From an uncultured Verrucomicrobiae bacterium (GTDB lineage Bacteria > Verrucomicrobiota > Verrucomicrobiia > Chthoniobacterales > UBA10450): 64,000 bases of DNA. Below are positions 9,739 through 18,047 of the stretch, piece after piece (positions within the stretch are counted from its first letter, which is position 1; every line of letters starts with the position of its first letter). The notes beneath the pieces are model-generated. The model was given only the letters and a program-made list of their open reading frames with translations, searched no databases and was not told where the DNA came from. Position numbers and translations under genes: made by a program. The DNA lies in NCBI GenBank assembly GCA_963735805.1, contig CAVTMK010000003.1, positions 416,001-480,000 of the forward strand. The letters are read 5' to 3'.

Positions 9739-10278
9739 ATGCGTTTATCAATCTGTCTTGCAATTAGTGTCTTTGTCATCGCTTGTGCTCAACAACCGCC
9801 CACTCCGGGTCCCACACCTCCCCACTCAGTCAATTGCCCAGGCATGACATCGCCAGACCAGCAGCTTCGAGCTTGCATGTTATCTGTTGGAACTCATCCC
9901 AACCCTCCGTTCAACGAATCGCGAGTCGAGATCCGCAAGATGGACGGCACGGTGCTGGCGACAAAAGACTTCAAGTCCCCGGATGGCGAGCACGGCCGCA
10001 ACGTTCAGAAGATGGAATGGTCACCTGACTCGCAGTTCTTCGTTTTTAGCACGGCAAGTAGCGGTGGACATTCGCCCTGGCATTGGCAGACTTACTTCTA
10101 CGATCGCAACCGAAAAACATTCAAAGAAGTGGACGACTTCACAGGCCCTGTTATCAAGCGAAACTTCAAATTGACTGCTCCCGATTGGATCGAAGTCCAG
10201 GTGCAAGGGACCCCTAGTGATCCACAGGACATTACGACTGGGCACTCGGTCAAGCGACGCCTGAGCACGATGCATTAA
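9739..10278 (+). CDS. Lipoprotein of unknown function (partial beta-propeller-like)
   Basis: MRLSICLAISVFVIAC lipobox; WSPDSQFFVF blade-like motif. Confidence 0.75.
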   Translation: MRLSICLAISVFVIACAQQPPTPGPTPPHSVNCPGMTSPDQQLRACMLSVGTHPNPPFNESRVEIRKMDGTVLATKDFKSPDGEHGRNVQKMEWSPDSQFFVFSTASSGGHSPWHWQTYFYDRNRKTFKEVDDFTGPVIKRNFKLTAPDWIEVQVQGTPSDPQDITTGHSVKRRLSTMH

Positions 10279-10321
10279 CAAATTTCAAAGTCACTCGGAC
10301 GAAACAGCCATCTAACAAACC

Positions 10322-11296
10322 ATGCCAAAGAAAAAACGCCCTGTGAAACGCGGCAAGAAAACGCGCGCAAGAATTTCCCGAAAAACAAAGCCAAAGAAGC
10401 CACGTCGCGCAAAAACGACTCTGAAAGACCTAATAGCTCGTGCAAAGAAGCTTGAGGCGTTGGACGCAGGAAAGCCTACCTTCCAAGTCCTGCCGCGAGC
10501 TTTGACAGTTGCGCCTGTCAATGTCCGCACTGCTCCGCCACCAGTGATTACCGGCTCTGTCGGTCGTTGGGAAAAAGGCGCGCGCAATCTTCAAGCGGAT
10601 GTGGAAACTGTGCAGCGCCTCCTGGAAGCGGCGGCACAAAAGTTACGAGCTCCTGACCTTGACCCGAAGGGTGTTGACGGAAAGATTGCGCGGCAGCCTG
10701 CGAAGTCGAATACCGTGGCTGCGATCGAAGCTTTTCAAAAGCGTTCCAATATTTCGATTGATGGACTAATTGAACCAGGCGGGCAGACGTGGCAGGCACT
10801 CCTGCAAGCCGCTGGCGGCACCAATCCTTTACGAAACGACAATTTTCCTGATACATACATACAGAAAATTTCGGTAAACTTGGATGATCCGGATCATTGG
10901 CTCACTCTCACCTGGACTGGACCTAACGCTGACAGCCAGGAAACGGGACCATTTAAAACATCACCAGGTGCCGGTTTAAGAGGGCTTAATTGTGATGATG
11001 AGACTACGAGTCGGAGATCAGGCTCGAAATGCACGCCGAAGGGAACCTATCCCGTGCAAGGCTTCCAGCGAAGGCTTAACAGTGACTCGCGCGCTACATA
11101 CGTTACATGGTTCATGCAACGCCGAGGCGTCGCATTGCATTATTTCCCAATTGTTCCTGATTATGCAGCCTCTCATGGCTGTGTGCGGATCGAATCGGAA
11201 GATGTCGCCCGACTTATCCAGAACAACTCATTGGTGGACGAGACCCAAGTCGTTGTAAATGGAACTTGGACAAAGCCGCCAAAGCAATGGAGCTAG
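10322..11296 (+). CDS. Polycationic tail + peptidoglycan-binding domain + L,D-transpeptidase (YkuD) domain
   Basis: K/R-rich N-terminus; DVETVQRLL...VDGKI...AIEAFQ...DGLIEPGG; TPKGTY, ALHYF...ASHGCVRI catalytic motif. Confidence 0.88.
   Translation: MPKKKRPVKRGKKTRARISRKTKPKKPRRAKTTLKDLIARAKKLEALDAGKPTFQVLPRALTVAPVNVRTAPPPVITGSVGRWEKGARNLQADVETVQRLLEAAAQKLRAPDLDPKGVDGKIARQPAKSNTVAAIEAFQKRSNISIDGLIEPGGQTWQALLQAAGGTNPLRNDNFPDTYIQKISVNLDDPDHWLTLTWTGPNADSQETGPFKTSPGAGLRGLNCDDETTSRRSGSKCTPKGTYPVQGFQRRLNSDSRATYVTWFMQRRGVALHYFPIVPDYAASHGCVRIESEDVARLIQNNSLVDETQVVVNGTWTKPPKQWS
10553..10807 (+). repeat. Peptidoglycan-binding module, copy 1 (85 codons)
   Basis: GSVGRWEKGARN...WQALLQ; 73 of 85 aa identical to copy 2 by manual alignment, no gaps. 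Confidence 0.9.
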
Positions 11297-11381
11297 ACCT
11301 TTGTTTCTAAGCCTGTAGGAACTGACTCTGACCTAGAGTAGGATACATTAGGTCCTATCGACGGACCGACAGCAGGTTCAG

Positions 11382-13007
11382 TTAAGTTTCGCCTGCACCT
11401 TGCAGGAGCGCCTGCCAGGCCTGACTGTCAGGCTCAATTAATCCAGTAATCGAAATATTGGAGTGACTCTGAAAAGCTTCAATCGCAGTCACCGTATTCG
11501 ACTTCGCTGATTGTCGCCCAATCTTTCCGTCAACGCCTTTCGGATCCAGCTCAGGCGCTTGCAACCTTTGCGCTGCAGCTTCCAAGAGGCGTTGCACAGT
11601 CTCGACATCGGCTTGAAGATTGCGCGCGCCTTTTTCCCAACGGCCGACGGAACCAGAAAGCGCAAGCGTAGTGCTGACCACGTCATTCGACTCGGGCCTC
11701 GGTTCGGGCTCTTGTTCCGGCTCGTCTTCTGCGCCGAGAACGGCGCTGACATTTGCGTCCAATAAAAGGCCTTTGTCCTTACGGGCTGTTAGAATATCTA
11801 CGGCCTGATCAACGTTATTCTTCATCGTGTCGAAGTCCGTCGCTTTGAACAAAAGCTCGGTTTGATACCACTGAGCGACTTCTGGTTTCTGAAGCTCCGT
11901 TTGTAAGTCAAGAAGCCGGTTGTAGGTTTTGGGATCCATGTGGCTGATCTTTTCCAGCAGATGGTAGCTTTTGGCCGAATTGCCGCTAATGAGACCGGCG
12001 TCGTTGTCCTTGAGGATCATCCGATTAATTAGGACAGCTTCCGGCGGAATTTCCTTCAACTGTTCGGCGGCCTTCGCGGAATCGCTTTTCTTGGCCTTTT
12101 GCTTCAGGACACCATTTTCAATCCACACGTAGACTTTCTGGGAATGCATGTTGCCGCTGAAGCGATCAGCCTGGCTCATGATAAAGTCCATGAGCACCAT
12201 GTCCGAAAGATCCTTTATTTGGATGATTTGCTGAACAGCAGCCTGATTGAGTTTACCGTTTGCGTCTTTGTAGTTTAATTTGAGCGGGCTGGAGTTGGTT
12301 ACTTTGCCAAATTCGGCCGAAGCCGCAAAAGCAGCGGCTCCCCCGAGATCGCTCAGGTGCGGGTAACTTTGTTCTCCAGTGGGATTGGCTTGGAGAGCGC
12401 CACAGAGCTGCTTGCCATCTTCGGTATAAAGCGCCGGATTACTATGGGTTTCATCGAGCGCTCTTAGCTCCGTCCACTGTTGTCGGTTGTTCGATCCGAT
12501 TGCTTTTGCCTTGCCCAAATCAGCCAGAGGTTTGTGCGCGGCCACTTCCATCGTCCGGACGATGGCAGGTTCAACATGTCCGGTGTCAAGGAATCGCGAC
12601 AGATGATAATAACCCAGTATCGAAGGACTATAAGTGAAATGAGTGGGGATCGTTTGCTTGTATTTTGCAATGATTTTGTCGTTACTTGAATGGGACTTTG
12701 CCGTATGGCCTTCGGCATAACTGAGATGGCTCGTTCCTGCCGGCAGGTTAACCGCGTGAAGGTTGATCCCAGGCGACGTGCTGTACGTTTTTGGTATAAG
12801 AACGATGTCCAATCCTTTTTGTGTTTTTCCATTGTAGAAGTCGATTTCAGCCAGTTCCTTTTCTTTGTCGACGTCCTTCTTGCTATAAATCTCGGGATGT
12901 CCAGGAAAAGGTAGTGAGCGGATGGCGGACTCAACTGTGCCATTGGGAGCCACATGTTTGACTGTTTCCTGTCCGCGTGGCGTGTTCACGTCAAAAACGC
13001 TCGCCAA
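11382..13007 (-). CDS. Fam20C/Four-jointed-like atypical kinase with C-terminal peptidoglycan-binding domain
   Basis: YYHLSRFLDTGHVEPAIVR, LCGALQ, MDFIMSQADRFSGN, LKDNDAG, HMDPKTYNRL in the same order as Fam20C motifs; acidic EPEQEPEP linker then the PG-binding module; TTG start. Confidence 0.65.
   Translation of the reverse strand: MASVFDVNTPRGQETVKHVAPNGTVESAIRSLPFPGHPEIYSKKDVDKEKELAEIDFYNGKTQKGLDIVLIPKTYSTSPGINLHAVNLPAGTSHLSYAEGHTAKSHSSNDKIIAKYKQTIPTHFTYSPSILGYYHLSRFLDTGHVEPAIVRTMEVAAHKPLADLGKAKAIGSNNRQQWTELRALDETHSNPALYTEDGKQLCGALQANPTGEQSYPHLSDLGGAAAFAASAEFGKVTNSSPLKLNYKDANGKLNQAAVQQIIQIKDLSDMVLMDFIMSQADRFSGNMHSQKVYVWIENGVLKQKAKKSDSAKAAEQLKEIPPEAVLINRMILKDNDAGLISGNSAKSYHLLEKISHMDPKTYNRLLDLQTELQKPEVAQWYQTELLFKATDFDTMKNNVDQAVDILTARKDKGLLLDANVSAVLGAEDEPEQEPEPRPESNDVVSTTLALSGSVGRWEKGARNLQADVETVQRLLEAAAQRLQAPELDPKGVDGKIGRQSAKSNTVTAIEAFQSHSNISITGLIEPDSQAWQALLQGAGET
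11400..11654 (-). repeat. Peptidoglycan-binding module, copy 2 (inverted relative to copy 1)
   Basis: Shares a 32-bp identical stretch (cgttgggaaaaaggcgcgcgcaatcttcaagc) with copy 1. Confidence 0.9.
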
Positions 13008-13035
13008 ATTTCTGATCTGCCTGGTCTAACACCTC

Positions 13036-14442
13036 TCAGGTAGCTGGAGTCGACGTTTCGTCAACCGGAGTAGCCGGGCTCGGCGCAGCATTGGGTGCAG
13101 CCAGGGCGGCTTCAAGCTCTTTAGCATAAAGCTTCTTCATCGTTCCCGCAAAATCCAGGTCTACCAGAATATCTTTAGTATCCACTCGATTCTTCAGCGA
13201 TTCCGCCTGCTTAACAACGCTCGCTTTCAACTTATCGTAGTTATCGCTTGAGACATGAACGACGTTCACAAAGTAGTCCTTTACTTTGGCGTCCGAACCT
13301 GGTTCAGCATCCTGCATCAACCCTGCCAGCCATTGTAACCGATTATAGATCGTTTGATCGATATGATGCGTCTCGTTGAGAATAGGAGTGACCGAAATCG
13401 AATTCATTCCCCAGTTGAAGCCATCGTCGTTGTCCTTGTACATGATTCGCTTCAGCGGCAGAAGCGGGCTTACCGCTTCGGTCTTGTCCTTGTCGGTTAC
13501 TTTGTCATCCCATTTTACTTTTCCTTTATTGGTCACGTAGTGTTGCAAAACTGCGATGCTGATGTTGCCGAGGCGATCAACCTGGCGAAAGATTGAATCC
13601 AGAATCACGCCTCGGGTCATGTCCTGTGCGAGTGCCAGGTCTTGAAGACACTTCGCGTCGTTCAAATTCAAAATGCTGGCCACCGGGGACTTTGATGAAA
13701 GGACCTTGTAGAAGCTGTGCCCCCTAATCGCATCCCTTGTCCAATAATCCTCAGGACTGCTGTTCTCCCCGCGCGGATTCTGCGCTATCGATCCAAAGAC
13801 AAGCTTTCCATCTGGAAGAACCACTTTCGAACTTCCCGACTTCACCATCGACCGCAGAACTCCCCAGGCTTCGGTACAACTCGGATGGCCAGTCGTTCGG
13901 GCTTGCTCTCCTACCTTCTCAAACTCCTGAATACCCATCGTCCGATAAGTGGCAGGCGGCACTTCAACAAGATGCCCCAGCAGCCTGGATACGTAAAAAC
14001 ACGCAAGACCCGACTGGGCCATAGTACCTACTTTGAACTTGGCTACCTTTTTCCCAGATCTCTTATTGCTGTACTTCTTGGTAACGCCCGGACGATATGG
14101 GCCTTCCGTTTTTTCGAACGCTTCTTTGCTGAGCGTCGAAGGCAGCTCATAGATTTCTATTCCCGCTGAAGTGTTATGAAGCTTTGGGACAACGCCCACG
14201 CTTTGCGGTCCGCTGGCAGCATAGAAGTCGAGACTATCAAGCTCATCAATTTCATTTTTGTCATGCTTCGTAAACCAGTCCTTCGAAGCCGAAAGAGCAT
14301 CCTCCTCATTGAGTTTCACATCAGGAGGAGTAAACGGGAACTGGACCAGCCGTTGGGCGATTTCGGTGACACCGTCGGGGGTCGAATGTTCTACAACTGG
14401 CGGATCTCCAAGCGGAAGCGATCCATCGGAAATAGAGCTCAT
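13036..14442 (-). CDS. Fam20C/Four-jointed-like atypical kinase, paralog of 11382..13007
   Basis: ACFYVSRLLGHLVEVPPATYR, VFGSIAQ, ILDSIFRQVDRLGN, YKDNDDGF, HIDQTIYNRLQWL; Pro/Thr/Ala tail. Confidence 0.65.
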   Translation of the reverse strand: MSSISDGSLPLGDPPVVEHSTPDGVTEIAQRLVQFPFTPPDVKLNEEDALSASKDWFTKHDKNEIDELDSLDFYAASGPQSVGVVPKLHNTSAGIEIYELPSTLSKEAFEKTEGPYRPGVTKKYSNKRSGKKVAKFKVGTMAQSGLACFYVSRLLGHLVEVPPATYRTMGIQEFEKVGEQARTTGHPSCTEAWGVLRSMVKSGSSKVVLPDGKLVFGSIAQNPRGENSSPEDYWTRDAIRGHSFYKVLSSKSPVASILNLNDAKCLQDLALAQDMTRGVILDSIFRQVDRLGNISIAVLQHYVTNKGKVKWDDKVTDKDKTEAVSPLLPLKRIMYKDNDDGFNWGMNSISVTPILNETHHIDQTIYNRLQWLAGLMQDAEPGSDAKVKDYFVNVVHVSSDNYDKLKASVVKQAESLKNRVDTKDILVDLDFAGTMKKLYAKELEAALAAPNAAPSPATPVDETSTPAT

Positions 14443-14696
14443 GTTCCAGTTTTCCAGCGCTTATCCACGCGCACTGACATACTTTACGAAAAAACAGCTG
14501 ATGAAAAGGCAAAATATCAATGCGGCAATCCGTTGAGGCGATTCTCGGGCCGGCCGGCGTAAAGAACAACGTTGCTGTCCCGGGATGACAGGGGCCTAAA
14601 ACGTGAGTAAGAATCGATTTTACTCTCTGAAACCGAGACTGCAGATTTCAGTGAGTTGCGGTATCTTCAACAATCAGGTGGGCAACAAATAAAGCC

Positions 14697-15647
14697 ATGC
14701 CGAAAGAGTGGTACATCAGTTTTCACGGCGGCGACGAGAGGACTTCTCTAAACAACATTCACGTCTATTCCACCGACGGGAAAAAAATTCGGAAAGCTCT
14801 AAACAAAAAGAGCGTTCCAGAGGATATCACGCTTCGTGAACTTCGCGGATTCGCGTTCGGGCCAGACAAAAATCTGTACGTGGTCAACGCATACTTTGAA
14901 TATAGCCAGATTCTAAAGTTTAACGGCGCGCTCAACAAAGACGGGCAGCACGACTTTGCCGGTGTTTTTGTAAACCGCCATGCGGAATCGAACCCTGGGA
15001 TCGATCATCCCTTTAACGTAGTGTTTGATCCCAATGGCGATCTCTACGTTTCAAGTCAAAATACGAGTCTTGTCGCAAGGTATCACGGTCCCGCCGGCAA
15101 GCATGGCCAACCAGGGCTGCCCATGCCTTTCCCCGAGAGTCTCGATCCTGACTTGAACCTGCCGCCCGGAACTTTTGTCCCATCAGCAAAGCATGTGTCT
15201 GACGGTCTAGTAGAAGTTAGAGAAGCGATTTTTGCGGCGGATAATAATCTATATATCGCAGATCGCGCTGCCGATTGCGTACGGATTTATGAGGGTCATA
15301 CTGGACACTTTCTGAGAAATCTTGTTTCAGGAAGCAATCAGGTCGACAAGCCTATCCATTTATTGCTCAGTCCGGACGGCGGTTATCTTTTCATTGGAAG
15401 CGGCGGGACCGATTCAATTCTGCGACATGACCTTTGCCAGAACTCCACGAAGGTCTTTGTCGCGCCAAAATCCGGTGGGCTTAATGGCCCAGCCGGAATG
15501 GCATTCGGGGACGACGGTTCTCTGTATGTCGCCAGTCGGAATTCGTATCAGATCCTCCGTTACGATGCCAAAGACGGTCGACCATTCACCAGGGTATTCA
15601 TCAAGGACCTGGCGGATAATCCCGAGTTTTTGATGCTGGTCGGTTGA
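14697..15647 (+). CDS. NHL/Vgb-like beta-propeller protein
   Basis: Repeated blades AFGPDKNLYV, VFDPNGDLYVS, LSPDGGYLFI, AFGDDGSLYVAS; no signal peptide. Confidence 0.8.
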   Translation: MPKEWYISFHGGDERTSLNNIHVYSTDGKKIRKALNKKSVPEDITLRELRGFAFGPDKNLYVVNAYFEYSQILKFNGALNKDGQHDFAGVFVNRHAESNPGIDHPFNVVFDPNGDLYVSSQNTSLVARYHGPAGKHGQPGLPMPFPESLDPDLNLPPGTFVPSAKHVSDGLVEVREAIFAADNNLYIADRAADCVRIYEGHTGHFLRNLVSGSNQVDKPIHLLLSPDGGYLFIGSGGTDSILRHDLCQNSTKVFVAPKSGGLNGPAGMAFGDDGSLYVASRNSYQILRYDAKDGRPFTRVFIKDLADNPEFLMLVG

Positions 15648-15723
15648 ACCGTTTCTCTCGCTCAAACGTACCATCTTTCGACGATTGACGGCACGCTCGA
15701 AATTTGATTTAACAAATGCCTAT

Positions 15724-16125
15724 ATGAAGACCTACCTCCCAATGGCCTCCCTGGTTATGTCACTTCTTCTGGCGAGTTGCGCCTCGATGAACACCGCGCA
15801 TACGCCAGCGGATGGTAGCACGGCGAAAAATGCGATCCTATCGGCAACGCAACGCGCGCTAGCTCGTCAGGGCCGCAAGAATCTAGTGTTGGTCGTGCCG
15901 TACCTGAAAGTCCATAACGGCTGGGCGTGGATACAGGTCAATCCTCAATCGGCAAACGGGAAGCAGCATTACGAATCGCAGTCCGGACTTCTGCAAGAAA
16001 AGGCGACGAATGACTGGACACTGTTAGAATGGATGCCTGCCGAGGAAGGAACCGATTACGCGAAGTACTTCAAAAATCTGAAGGCCAAATACCCGACGGC
16101 ACCGCCAGATATCTTCCCGCAGTAA
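15724..16125 (+). CDS. Lipoprotein of unknown function
   Basis: MKTYLPMASLVMSLLLASC lipobox (LASC); ATG at 15724 inside track ORF 15685..16125. Confidence 0.75.
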   Translation: MKTYLPMASLVMSLLLASCASMNTAHTPADGSTAKNAILSATQRALARQGRKNLVLVVPYLKVHNGWAWIQVNPQSANGKQHYESQSGLLQEKATNDWTLLEWMPAEEGTDYAKYFKNLKAKYPTAPPDIFPQ

Positions 16126-16149
16126 GACCTAACGAATCGGGAGGCACGG

Positions 16150-16167
16150 GTCGGCTAGCCAGCCGAC
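16150..16167. terminator. Hairpin between convergent genes, possible terminator
   Basis: gtcggct-agcc-agccgac, perfect 7-bp stem; no clear U-tract on either strand. Confidence 0.35.
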
Positions 16168-16171
16168 AAAC

Positions 16172-16996
16172 TCAGGTGGGCGGTAAATTTTCCTGCCATT
16201 GATTGAGCTTCAGTGTCGGATCAATCAGATCTTTCCGCCGCATGAATGGCACACCGTTCTTCATGGCTGAGCCAGAATCACTGGCCACAGTAAGAGGACC
16301 CGACAGACTCTTGTCATACAGTTCAAAGTGCAGCATATCGCTAGGCACTTGAATTCCGATCAAATGCCCTACACTGGCAATTTTCTGCCCCGCCTTGACT
16401 GTAGCGCCAGCAATAACCTCAGTCTTGCTTTGGATCTCTCCATAACGAACAAGAAAAGGTCCGTGATCAATCTCCAAGGCGAAAGTTTCACAGTAAAATG
16501 GATACGGCCCTCGCGTGACCACGCCGTCGGCAATGGCGTGAATTGGAGTGCCCTTGGGAAAGTAGAGATCACAGCCGGCATGCAAACGGGCACCACCAGC
16601 ACGCGGGGATGCAAACGCCCGAGGCCGTTCCTCCCAGCTCTCGGAGGGAACAGTAGGAAAAGGAAAAAGCCATTGAGAAACGTCCAAAACATTTTCCGAC
16701 GCAGTTGGCACTTTTGCTGCAACTCCCAGCAGCGCGGCCAACGTCTGGCTGCCTGGCGCAATAATTCCGTCCACCGCACTGGTGAAACGGCTCTGAAAGG
16801 CTTCTATCGCCTCTACAGTGTCTGACGTCGTAGATGGTCGCGAGATCTTTCCGTCCACTCCTTTTGGGTCGATTTCCGGAGCTTCCAAAATCTCGGCAGC
16901 CGTTTTCAAGAGGCGTTGCACGCTTCTTACATCGTCCGGAAGATTGCGCGCACCTTTTTCCCACCGCCCAACTGAAGCCGAGATTTCTGAACTCAT
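16172..16996 (-). CDS. Peptidoglycan-binding domain + M23-family metallopeptidase (atypical active site)
   Basis: N-terminal SVGRWEKGARN module; LHAGCDLY (HxxxD), GTPIHAIADGVV, VKAGQKIA, MLHFE. Confidence 0.88.
   Translation of the reverse strand: MSSEISASVGRWEKGARNLPDDVRSVQRLLKTAAEILEAPEIDPKGVDGKISRPSTTSDTVEAIEAFQSRFTSAVDGIIAPGSQTLAALLGVAAKVPTASENVLDVSQWLFPFPTVPSESWEERPRAFASPRAGGARLHAGCDLYFPKGTPIHAIADGVVTRGPYPFYCETFALEIDHGPFLVRYGEIQSKTEVIAGATVKAGQKIASVGHLIGIQVPSDMLHFELYDKSLSGPLTVASDSGSAMKNGVPFMRRKDLIDPTLKLNQWQENLPPT
16727..16978 (-). repeat. Peptidoglycan-binding module, copy 3 (more diverged)
   Basis: ASVGRWEKGARNLPDDVRSVQRLL...DPKGVDGKI...AIEAFQ...DGIIAPGSQT. Confidence 0.85.
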
Positions 16997-17105
16997 GATC
17001 GACTCGCCAATTGCATGCGCCTCCGGAGCACAAGGCTAGCTCTTCATTTCGCAAAAGTCGAAGCCGATACTCCTCGCACCTATTGAGGCGAAGACGTTCC
17101 GTAAG

Positions 17106-18047
17106 CTAACCCTCTTGAATTAGCGGCTCCGGCTCGTCTCCTTTTCGGAAGATCATCCACACACCAGCGAGAACCAAACACGCGCCGAGGAGCGACCAGC
17201 TGGAAAATGTCTCGCCGCCAACCGCCCAACCTAACGCGACGGCGCCAGGTGGCGTGATGAGCGAGATCGCCTGCAGCCTGGCCACAGTCATTCGGGGCAA
17301 TAGCCAGTAAAGAAGCAAAAAAGTGAGCGCCGAGCCGATTACCGCGAGGTAAAGCAGGCAAAAAATCGACACAACACTCCAATGAAACTTCAACGGATTT
17401 CCTTCAACCAAAAATCCGATCAAGAGCAATGGCGCCGCACCGAAAATCATTTGCCAGGCAGCAATCATCGCCGGAGCCAGTTGGGCCCCGCGCGCCTTGA
17501 GCAACACATTTGAAAACGCAGAACTGGCTGCTCCCACTATGATGCCAAGCCCGCCCCAGAAAGCCATGAACCCGTTGAAGCCGAGAAGACGTTCGCAAAT
17601 AATTGCTACACCACCAACCGCGAGAAGCGCGCCCAGAAGTTTGGGCACCTGCAGTGGTTCCTCGGGAAGCATTACGTGCGCGAAAAGCATGCCGAAGATT
17701 GGGATGGTCGCCTGCAATACTGCTGCCAGACCGGATGAAACGTGCAGTTCGCCCCAGAAAAGGAGACCGTAATTTAGCGCAAACATCAGCACGCCAGTAA
17801 AAGCCAGCAACAGATAGTCGGATCCGCGCCGCGGTAACAAGCCCACTCGTCCGGCAGATACGGCAAAAAGGACGACGATCGCCACGAGAAAACGGATACC
17901 CGCGTAAGAGATTGGCGGTAGATCGCGCAATCCGATTTTGATGACGAGCCACGTCGAGCTCCAGACAACGCAAAGCGTCAGCCATGCCACAGGCACCCCC
18001 CATCCGGTCCTTGACCGCCACTTGAATTTCGGCGACACGCTTTTCAT
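17106..18047 (-). CDS. EamA/DMT-family transporter
   Basis: About 10 TM helices; WSSTWLVIK, PPISYAGIRF, two EamA repeats. Confidence 0.9.
   Translation of the reverse strand: MKSVSPKFKWRSRTGWGVPVAWLTLCVVWSSTWLVIKIGLRDLPPISYAGIRFLVAIVVLFAVSAGRVGLLPRRGSDYLLLAFTGVLMFALNYGLLFWGELHVSSGLAAVLQATIPIFGMLFAHVMLPEEPLQVPKLLGALLAVGGVAIICERLLGFNGFMAFWGGLGIIVGAASSAFSNVLLKARGAQLAPAMIAAWQMIFGAAPLLLIGFLVEGNPLKFHWSVVSIFCLLYLAVIGSALTFLLLYWLLPRMTVARLQAISLITPPGAVALGWAVGGETFSSWSLLGACLVLAGVWMIFRKGDEPEPLIQEG

Noticed and set aside
11382..14442. HipA toxin-antitoxin pair
   Set aside because: No HTH antitoxin adjacent, and motif order plus the PG-binding fusion fit Fam20C-like kinases better; a distant fold relationship is not excluded
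8413..16996. Phage lysis cassette
   Set aside because: No holin, spanin or structural genes; mixed orientations and kinases do not fit
3561..17000. tRNA-Leu as the integration site of the accessory locus
   Set aside because: The locus lies on the 5' side of the tRNA, and I found no integrase and no duplicated tRNA 3' end
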